Source of the DNA: Nitratidesulfovibrio vulgaris str. Hildenborough
Lineage (GTDB): Bacteria > Desulfobacterota > Desulfovibrionia > Desulfovibrionales > Desulfovibrionaceae
DNA: 32,000 nt
Direction of reading: 5' to 3'
NCBI RefSeq assembly: GCF_000195755.1
Contig: NC_002937.3
Coordinates: 1,650,001-1,682,000, forward strand
Below are positions 25,754-32,000 of the stretch, one piece after another (the first letter of the stretch is position 1; each line of letters begins with the position of its first letter). The notes under the pieces were generated by a model. That model searched no databases, was not told the origin of the DNA, and worked only from the letters and a program-made list of their open reading frames with translations. The translations under genes and the position numbers were made by a program.

Positions 25754-26116
25754 ATGAGCAAACTGATCATGTCCGTCGATGATTCTGCTAGTATCCGTCA
25801 GATGGTGGGCTTCACACTCCGGAATGCCGGTTACGAGGTCATAGAGGCCTCGGACGGCAAGGACGCGCTGGGCAAGCTCTCCGGCCCGGTGAAGATGGTC
25901 ATCACCGACCTGAATATGCCCAACATGGATGGTATCGAGCTCATAAGGCGCATACGGGCCACGCCTGCCTACAAGTTCATTCCCGTGGTCATGCTCACCA
26001 CCGAATCCCAGGCGGCACGTAAACAGGAAGGCAAGGCAGCCGGGGCCACGGGGTGGATAGTCAAGCCGTTCAAACCCGAGCAGTTGCTGGCTGTCGTGCA
26101 GAAGCTGCTAGGCTAG
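25754..26116 (+). CDS. cheY: Chemotaxis response regulator CheY
   Basis: 120 aa single REC domain. It has SVDDS, the phospho-acceptor context MVITDLNMPNMDG, and MLTTE...IVKPF. Confidence 0.9.
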   Translation: MSKLIMSVDDSASIRQMVGFTLRNAGYEVIEASDGKDALGKLSGPVKMVITDLNMPNMDGIELIRRIRATPAYKFIPVVMLTTESQAARKQEGKAAGATGWIVKPFKPEQLLAVVQKLLG

Positions 26117-26183
26117 CGCATGGCTGTCGCTGCCGTATGTCTGCCGTGATGCGTCAGAGGCGGCAGCACAATACCACGGGGGA

Positions 26184-28310
26184 ATGATCGTGCAGGATGA
26201 ACTCAACCGTCAGGCGTTCGTCGAAGAGGCGCAAGACCTGCTGGCCGAACTTGAGACGGCGTTGCTTGAAATCGAGGAACGTCCCGAAGACAGGTCGCTC
26301 GTCGACCGCATTTTCCGGGCCATGCACACGATCAAGGGGTCGGGGGCGATGTTCGGCTTCGACGACATCGCGTCCTTCACCCATGATGTGGAGAGTGTCT
26401 TCGACAAGGTTCGCAATGGTGAGATGGAGTTGTCTCCGGAACTGCTCGATCTTACGCTGAAGTCGCGTGACCATATCGCCTACCTTCTGCAGTGTGCCAC
26501 GAAAGGCCTCGCCGTCGACGTCTCCATGTCCGCCGACCTCACGCAGGCTCTCCGGGCCCTGCTGCCGGGTGATGACCACGCGTCCGCGTCCCCTGCCGAT
26601 GAGATGCCGTCGTCCGGTGAGGTCGAAGGTCCCCGGCGGACCTACCGTGTGCGCTTCAAGCCGCATCCGCAACTCTTCCTCTCGGGCACGAACCCTCTGG
26701 GGCTGGTGCGCGAGATACAGGACCTGGGGCGTTCGAAGCTCTTCGTCCATTTCGGTGACGTGCCAGCCCTCGATGAACTCGACCCGGAGCAATGCCATGT
26801 GTGGTGGGATGTGTTGCTCACCACCGATAGTGATGAAGCCGCCATCCGTGACATCTTCCTCTTTGTCGAGGACGATGCGACCGTTGATGTGCGGCTCATC
26901 GACGAGGCGAACCTGCTTGAACAGGACGGTGCCTACAAGCGGCTTGGCGAGATTCTGCTTGAACGGGGCGATGTGGCGACCGAAGACCTGCGGCGGGTGC
27001 TGGAGGAGCAGCGTCCCATTGGCGAACTGCTCGCCGAGGCAGGCATCGTCACCCCTGATCAGGTCGCTTCCGCGCTGGCGGAGCAGAAGACGGTGCGCGA
27101 ACTGCGCCGCAGCCGCACCGAAGACGGGGACAAGCCCGCCGAAAAGGCGGGAGACGCCGGGGCGAGCATTCGCGTCTCTGCTGCCAAGCTCGACTATCTA
27201 GTCGATCTCGTAGGTGAACTTGTCATCGTGCAGTCCCAGATCGCGCGTATGGCGCACGAGCATCCCGCCCCCGGCATGTTGAGCCTCGTCGAAGCCCTCG
27301 AAAGGCTCAGCGACGACCTGCGCGACACGACGCTGGGTGTGCGCATGCTGCCCATAGGAACCACGTTCAGCCGTTTCAGACGGCTGGTGCGCGACCTCGC
27401 CGGAGAATTGGGCAAGAGCGTCGAACTCGTCACGCTCGGAGGCGAGACGGAACTGGACAAGACCGTCATAGAGCGACTGGGCGACCCGCTGGTGCATTGC
27501 CTGCGCAACAGCCTCGACCATGGTGTGGAATCGCCGGAACGCCGTCTGGCAGCCGGGAAGAGCGCCACGGGGCGCATCACGCTGGCAGCCGCTCACGCTG
27601 GCGGCGAGGTGCTGGTGACCATTTCGGATGATGGTGCGGGCATCGATGCCGAAAGAATCTATCAGGCTGCCCTGCGCAAGGGCATCATTGCCCCCGAGGT
27701 CGACCTTTCCACCCGGCAGAAGCTGGAACTCATCTTCGCGGCAGGCTTCTCCACTGCGGAGAAGGTGACCAGCGTCTCGGGGCGCGGCGTCGGCATGGAT
27801 GTGGTGAAGCGAGCCATCGAGAGCCTGCGCGGGCGTATCGAACTGGAGAGCACGCCGGGCAAGGGGACAGTCATCACCATACGGCTGCCGCTCACGCTTG
27901 CCATCATCGACGGGCTTCAGGTTCGCGTGGGGGACGAGTCCTACATCATTCCGTTGCCCCATGTGGAAGAGTGCGCCGAACACAATACGCCCGACCATGT
28001 CGACGGGCGACAGCGCATCATCAACCTGCGGGGTGACATCGTGCCGTTCATACGCTTGCGCGATGTCTTCCGGGTTCCGGGTGTCTCTCCGGGCATGGAA
28101 CAGCTTGTGGTGGTGAACGCGCTCGGAAGCCGATTCGGGCTGGTTGTCGACTGCGTCATCGGAGAGCACCAGACGGTCATCAAGAGTCTTGGCAAGGTCT
28201 ACAAGGACATTCCGGGCATTTCCGGCGCGACCATTCAGGGGGACGGCAGCATGGCACTGATCATCGACGTGCCGGGACTCGTCCATACCGCAGCGCTTGA
28301 GGCCGCATGA
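26184..28310 (+). CDS. cheA: Chemotaxis histidine kinase CheA (Hpt, atypical middle region, dimerisation, HATPase, CheW-like P5)
   Basis: 708 aa. P1 is FRAMHTIKGSGAMFG (His codon 26325-26327). P3 is IRVSAAKLDYLVDLVGELVI. P4 carries DPLVHCLRNSLDHG, DDGAGID and GRGVGMDVV. P5 is LAIIDGLQVRVGDESYIIPL...ALIIDV. Residues about 130-310 are not a canonical P2. Confidence 0.92.
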   Translation: MIVQDELNRQAFVEEAQDLLAELETALLEIEERPEDRSLVDRIFRAMHTIKGSGAMFGFDDIASFTHDVESVFDKVRNGEMELSPELLDLTLKSRDHIAYLLQCATKGLAVDVSMSADLTQALRALLPGDDHASASPADEMPSSGEVEGPRRTYRVRFKPHPQLFLSGTNPLGLVREIQDLGRSKLFVHFGDVPALDELDPEQCHVWWDVLLTTDSDEAAIRDIFLFVEDDATVDVRLIDEANLLEQDGAYKRLGEILLERGDVATEDLRRVLEEQRPIGELLAEAGIVTPDQVASALAEQKTVRELRRSRTEDGDKPAEKAGDAGASIRVSAAKLDYLVDLVGELVIVQSQIARMAHEHPAPGMLSLVEALERLSDDLRDTTLGVRMLPIGTTFSRFRRLVRDLAGELGKSVELVTLGGETELDKTVIERLGDPLVHCLRNSLDHGVESPERRLAAGKSATGRITLAAAHAGGEVLVTISDDGAGIDAERIYQAALRKGIIAPEVDLSTRQKLELIFAAGFSTAEKVTSVSGRGVGMDVVKRAIESLRGRIELESTPGKGTVITIRLPLTLAIIDGLQVRVGDESYIIPLPHVEECAEHNTPDHVDGRQRIINLRGDIVPFIRLRDVFRVPGVSPGMEQLVVVNALGSRFGLVVDCVIGEHQTVIKSLGKVYKDIPGISGATIQGDGSMALIIDVPGLVHTAALEAA

Positions 28311-29209
28311 TGGGACAGGGGGTATCGGAAGGTATGATACAGGGGCCGCCGGAAAGGGGAGGGGGCGATGGCGCGCCTTTCAGACCGAAGAGCATGACGC
28401 CCAAGGTGTTCGAGCGTATGAGTCGCTACGTGTATGAACAGGTCGGCATCAAGCTCACCCCTGCCAAGCGCATCATGCTCGAGGCGCGTTTGCAGAAGCG
28501 CCTTCGTACTCTCGGGTTCGATTCCTATGAGCAGTACGCCGAGTACCTCTTCACTGCGCGAGGGCAGCAGGAGGAGTTGCAGCAGTTCATCGATGTGGTG
28601 ACCACGAACACCACCGAGTTCTTCCGCGAGGGCAGGCACTTCGAGTTGCTGGCGCAGAAGGTGCTGCCCCGCTGGCGTTCGCAGTTCGGTACCTCGCGTG
28701 CCATGCAGATATGGAGCGCGGGCTGCTCGTTCGGCATGGAACCCTATACACTGGCCATGGTGCTTGCTGACTTTGCCGAGCGCAATTCGGGGTTCGTCTT
28801 CTCTGTGCTTGCCACCGACATCTCCGCCCGGGCGCTGCAACATGCCCAGCGTGGCATCTATGACGAAGAGCGGGTGGAGAGTATCCCGGAATCGTTCCGC
28901 AAGCGTTTTCTGCTGCGCAGCCGAGAAAGGGCCAGAAAACTGGTACGCATCGCCCCGGAGATACGGCATCTGGTCACCTTCCAGCGGCTGAACTTCATGG
29001 AGGACTTCTCGTTCAGAACCCCCATGGACGTCATCTTCTGCCGCAACGTGATCATCTATTTCGACAAGCCGACGCAAGAGCGGTTGTTCTCGCGTTTCTG
29101 CGAAAGCCTGCGACCGGGGGGGTATCTTTTCATCGGTCATTCCGAGAGCCTGACGGGCATGTCACTGCCCCTCGAAGCCCAGGCTCCCACCGTATACAGG
29201 AAGGTGTAG
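28307..29209 (+). CDS. cheR: Chemotaxis protein methyltransferase CheR
   Basis: The ATG overlaps the cheA stop as ATGA. Contains [10 protein letters not shown], the SAM-binding [29 protein letters not shown] and [10 protein letters not shown]. An alternative internal start lies at 28394. Confidence 0.9.
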   Translation: MMGQGVSEGMIQGPPERGGGDGAPFRPKSMTPKVFERMSRYVYEQVGIKLTPAKRIMLEARLQKRLRTLGFDSYEQYAEYLFTARGQQEELQQFIDVVTTNTTEFFREGRHFELLAQKVLPRWRSQFGTSRAMQIWSAGCSFGMEPYTLAMVLADFAERNSGFVFSVLATDISARALQHAQRGIYDEERVESIPESFRKRFLLRSRERARKLVRIAPEIRHLVTFQRLNFMEDFSFRTPMDVIFCRNVIIYFDKPTQERLFSRFCESLRPGGYLFIGHSESLTGMSLPLEAQAPTVYRKV

Positions 29210-29211
29210 CC

Positions 29212-30285
29212 GTGGCGCGCCCTTGCCGTGTCCTCATCGTCGACGATTCCGCCCTTGTCAGGCAGACTCTGGCCGACCTCCTTTCCGCAGACCCCGGCAT
29301 CGAGGTGGTGGGCACCGCCTCCGACCCATTCGTGGCTGCCAAGCGCATGGAGGCGGTGGTGCCCGACGTCATCCTGCTCGATATCGAAATGCCACGGATG
29401 GACGGGCTTACATTCCTGCGAAAGATCATGACCCAGCATCCCCTACCGGTGGTCATCTGCTCTTCGGTGACGGAGCAGGGGGCCGAGGCCACGTTCAAGG
29501 CCATGGAATACGGCGCGGTGGAGGTCATCACCAAACCTCGCCTCGGCACCAAGAGGTTTCTGGAGGAGTCGAGCATCCGCATCTGTGATGCCGTGAAGGC
29601 CGCGGCGCGGGCACGCCTGCACAGGCTTGGGCACCGTACGCGCGATGTCGCCCCCAAACTGACGGCAGATGCCATGTTGCCGGGCCCCACCAACTTCACG
29701 CGGGTGCAGACCACTGAGAAGGTCGTGGTCGTAGGCGCTTCGACAGGTGGCACGGAGGCCCTTCAAGTGTTCCTTGAAGCCATGCCGCCGGATGCGCCTC
29801 CCATAGCCATCGTCCAGCATATGCCGGAACACTTCACCGGAGCCTTTTCGCGCCGCCTTGACGGCATCTGCCGTATCCGGGTGCGCGAAGCGGAGGACGG
29901 AGACATCATGGCGCGGGGTCAGGCACTCATCGCCCCCGGTAGCAGCCACATGTTGCTCAAGCGCAACGGCTCGCGCTATACGGTGGAGGTCAAGGACGGC
30001 CCCCTCGTGAGACGGCACCGTCCCTCTGTCGATGTGCTGTTCCGGTCGGCTGCGCGCTATGCCGGGGCCAATGCGGTCGCCGCCATCCTCACGGGGATGG
30101 GCGATGACGGCGCGGCGGGCATGAAGGAACTGCACGACATGGGGGCCCATACCATCGCGCAGGATGAGGCGACGTGCATCGTCTTTGGCATGCCCCATGA
30201 GGCCATCAGGCTGGGTGGCGTCGACAGGGTGCTGCCCCTTGACGCCATCGCACCCGCCGTGCTCAAGGCCTGCGCGGGTTCATAG
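29212..30285 (+). CDS. cheB: Chemotaxis response regulator protein-glutamate methylesterase CheB
   Basis: GTG start 2 nt after the cheR stop, with AGGAAGG upstream. The REC domain reads [11 protein letters not shown] and [12 protein letters not shown]. The esterase domain has [15 protein letters not shown] and TGMGDDGA. Confidence 0.92.
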
Positions 30286-30305
30286 ATACGCAAGAACAGG
30301 AGACC

Positions 30306-30965
30306 ATGATGAGTGACGAACCTAAGGGCGCGATACTGCAGCGCGACAAGCTCACCTACGCCATCGTACCCCGCACCCCGTGCGGTCTTCTCACCCCCGA
30401 CGTGCTTGATGCCGTGTCGCGGGTCTGCAGGAAGTACGAAGTGCCGATCATCAAGATCACATCCGGGCAGCGTCTGGCCCTTGTCGGCATGAAGAAGGAA
30501 GCCGTCGAACCCATGTGGGAAGAGCTTCGCCTTGACGTCGGACGTGCCGTAGAACTTTGCGTGCACTATGTGCAGGCGTGCCCCGGTACGGCGGTCTGCC
30601 GGTTCGGCCTTCAGGATTCCCTCGGCATCGGCGTGGCCATAGAAGAGGAATATGTCGGGCACGACTTCCCAGCCAAGGTCAAGTTCGGCATTTCGGGCTG
30701 TCCCTTCTGCTGTGGCGAAAGCTACCTGCGAGATGTAGGTCTCGTGGGCACCAAGAAGGGCTGGACGCTCATCGTGGGTGGCAATTCCGGCGGGCATCCG
30801 CGCATCGGCGATGTGCTTGCAGAAGAGCTTTCCACTGATGAGGCCAAGGGGCTGATACGTAAGTTCATGGAGTTCTATCGCGATAACTCGGGTAAACGGC
30901 TGCGTGTCTCCAAGTTCGTCGAGAAGACGGGCATCGAGGCCATACGGCAGGCGGTACTCGGTTAG
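30306..30965 (+). CDS. sir: Small assimilatory-type sulfite reductase (siroheme/[4Fe-4S] nitrite-sulfite reductase fold)
   Basis: 219 aa. The cluster/siroheme Cys motifs are CPGTAVC (C-x5-C) and CPFCC (C-x3-C). The size and sequence type match the low-molecular-weight assimilatory sulfite reductase described from D. vulgaris Hildenborough. AGGAG lies at 30298-30302. The second ATG at 30309 is an equally possible start. Confidence 0.85.
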   Translation: MMSDEPKGAILQRDKLTYAIVPRTPCGLLTPDVLDAVSRVCRKYEVPIIKITSGQRLALVGMKKEAVEPMWEELRLDVGRAVELCVHYVQACPGTAVCRFGLQDSLGIGVAIEEEYVGHDFPAKVKFGISGCPFCCGESYLRDVGLVGTKKGWTLIVGGNSGGHPRIGDVLAEELSTDEAKGLIRKFMEFYRDNSGKRLRVSKFVEKTGIEAIRQAVLG

Positions 30966-30969
30966 AATC

Positions 30970-30996
30970 AGGGGGGCTGCGGCCCCCTTCCTTTTT
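30970..30996 (+). terminator. Rho-independent terminator after sir
   Basis: AGGGGGGC (30970-30977), loop TGCG, GCCCCCTT (30982-30989), followed by CCTTTTT. It starts 5 nt after the sir stop. Confidence 0.75.
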
Positions 30997-31360
30997 GATG
31001 CCCCCTCGTGGGAGGGCCCCATGTCTGCGTGCCGTTTCCGCCAACCCGGCATCCCGTGCCGGTCCGTGGTCAGGATGTCATGCACTCCGGTGGACTGGCA
31101 GCTTGAGGGGTACTCGTGCATACGGTACGTCGTGCAGTCCCCATCAGTCCCCATGTAGGCCTACCCTGTGACACTGCTGGCAATCCCGTCCATGGGGGTG
31201 TGCGACCATCGCCGAAGCCGACCACGACATCGGGCACACAGGATATGAACGGGACTGTTGTACGCCCGGTCTCTGGCAGGCCAACGTTGTGAACCCGTCT
31301 GGTGTCGCGTGGATTTCGAGGCCTATGGAAGTCTGAACACGGCGGAGTCAGAACGTGAGG

Positions 31361-31705
31361 TCACGCCTTGGGGCGATGCCGGTAAAGCCTGACCTCGACA
31401 GGTTCGAGCGTTACAAGCCCCTCTTCGAGAATGGCCTCGACCTCTGGCATGAAAGCCTCTATACGCTCGGCACTGTCTATGATTTCGATGACAAGAGGAA
31501 GGCTTTCGGCCAGATGCAGCACACGTGCAGTGTGCAGGGTGCTGTTTGCCCCGAAACCGGCGAGGGCGCGTTGCATGGTCGCACCTGCAAGCTTCGCCTG
31601 CATGGCCTTTTCGATGATGACCGTATGCAGGGCACGGCCTTCATGCATGTCGTCCTCGGCGAAGTAGATGCGCAGACGTGTGGCTGTCCCCGATGGTGCG
31701 GGCAT
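31361..31705 (-). CDS. DUF190-family protein (commonly linked to crcB fluoride-resistance genes)
   Basis: Start at ATG 31705, 6 nt after AAGGAG. The product is 114 aa (MPAPSGTATRLRIYFAEDDMHEGRALHTVIIEKA...). It lies 44 nt downstream of crcB. The track start at 31840 overlaps crcB. Confidence 0.75.
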   Translation of the reverse strand: MPAPSGTATRLRIYFAEDDMHEGRALHTVIIEKAMQAKLAGATMQRALAGFGANSTLHTARVLHLAESLPLVIEIIDSAERIEAFMPEVEAILEEGLVTLEPVEVRLYRHRPKA

Positions 31706-31749
31706 GATTGGCTCCTTTGTGAATGCTGTTGGCTGGTTATGCGGTGAGA

Positions 31750-32000
31750 TCAGACCAGCCTGCCGAGTCCCGCGCCGAACCAGACGAGCATGATGCCCGC
31801 CACGGTCTGGCCGACGATGTACAGGGCCGCCTGTAGCCACATGTGCGATTGAAGCAGTACCATCCCTTCATAGGTCAGTGTCGAGAATGTGGTCAGCGAA
31901 CCCATGAATCCTGTCAGCAGTAGCAGACGCGCTTCGGGGGCGAAGGTTATCCTGTTTTCGAGTATCCCCCACACGAGGCCGAAGAGGAGGCTGCCGAGAA
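31750..32000 (-). CDS. crcB: Fluoride ion channel CrcB/FluC (5' end outside the window)
   Basis: The hydrophobic product contains GFMGSLTTFSTL, the conserved CrcB motif. The reading frame stays open from 31974 to the window edge (..LGSLLFGLVWGIL). Confidence 0.8.
   Translation of the reverse strand, partial: LGSLLFGLVWGILENRITFAPEARLLLLTGFMGSLTTFSTLTYEGMVLLQSHMWLQAALYIVGQTVAGIMLVWFGAGLGRLV

Noticed and set aside
31135-31154. Exact tandem duplication CAGTCCCCAT-CAGTCCCCAT in the 395-bp sir/DUF190 convergent spacer. Nearby there is also a short CCCTC-GTGG-GAGGG hairpin and repeats of CGTGCCG.
   Set aside because: They are too short to distinguish from slippage or chance in GC-rich DNA. No flanking structure suggests a mobile element, an sRNA promoter or a binding array.
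31706-32000. Fluoride riboswitch expected upstream of crcB.
   Set aside because: crcB is truncated by the window edge, so its 5' region lies beyond position 32000 and cannot be examined.
1-32000. I screened for CRISPR arrays, IS elements or transposases, integrases, prophage genes, toxin-antitoxin pairs and defence-system genes.
   Set aside because: I saw no spaced arrays of repeats of 20 bp or longer. No transposase-, recombinase- or nuclease-like ORFs remained after the recognisable housekeeping genes were assigned. The window looks like conserved core chromosome rather than an accessory island.

Overview
GC-rich chromosomal core region whose gene content and order look like a Desulfovibrio-type sulfate reducer. 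The small assimilatory-type siroheme sulfite reductase characterised in D. vulgaris Hildenborough is encoded here. I found no IS elements, integrases, CRISPR arrays or phage genes.

The window is densely packed with recognisable genes, in three blocks.

(1) + strand, 124-3293: ferritin and a two-subunit 2-oxoacid:ferredoxin oxidoreductase.

(2) - strand, 3748-17277:
- rho, carD, pth, rplY, prs, tRNA-Gln, ispE and hslV.
- After a strong hairpin, a very tight 7-gene string: rpoH, a TPR lipoprotein, a LolB-like lipoprotein, a small coiled-coil protein, rpiB, cysS and an M48/TPR BepA-like protease.

(3) + strand, 17483-30965:
- An activation-domain-less metH, a TlpA-like thioredoxin-fold protein, a GNAT, hpt, a zinc-ribbon/DUF3426-type membrane protein and radA.
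- A chemosensory operon (receptor-cheY-cheA-cheR-cheB) that runs without a terminator into the small sulfite reductase gene.

The window ends with DUF190 and a 5'-truncated crcB on the - strand.

The most interesting locus is the chemosensory cluster at 23985-30965:
- Its receptor is soluble and carries two MCP hairpin-tip modules in one chain, like V. cholerae DosM.
- Its CheA has a tandem T2SSE_N/MshEN-like helical motif (a possible c-di-GMP site) where P2 normally sits.
- No cheW is present.
- A siroheme/[4Fe-4S] protein gene is appended to the operon.

Secondary points of interest:
- A LolB-like lipoprotein outside the beta/gamma-proteobacteria, coupled to a TPR lipoprotein.
- An RpoH with a poly-acidic N-terminal extension.
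- An hslV with no adjacent hslU.
- A 450-bp convergent spacer with 16-bp-phased triple repeats.
- Structured or G-poor leaders ahead of metH and rho.

Many long ORFs in the supplied track are antisense shadows of real genes, which is typical of high-GC DNA, and I rejected them.
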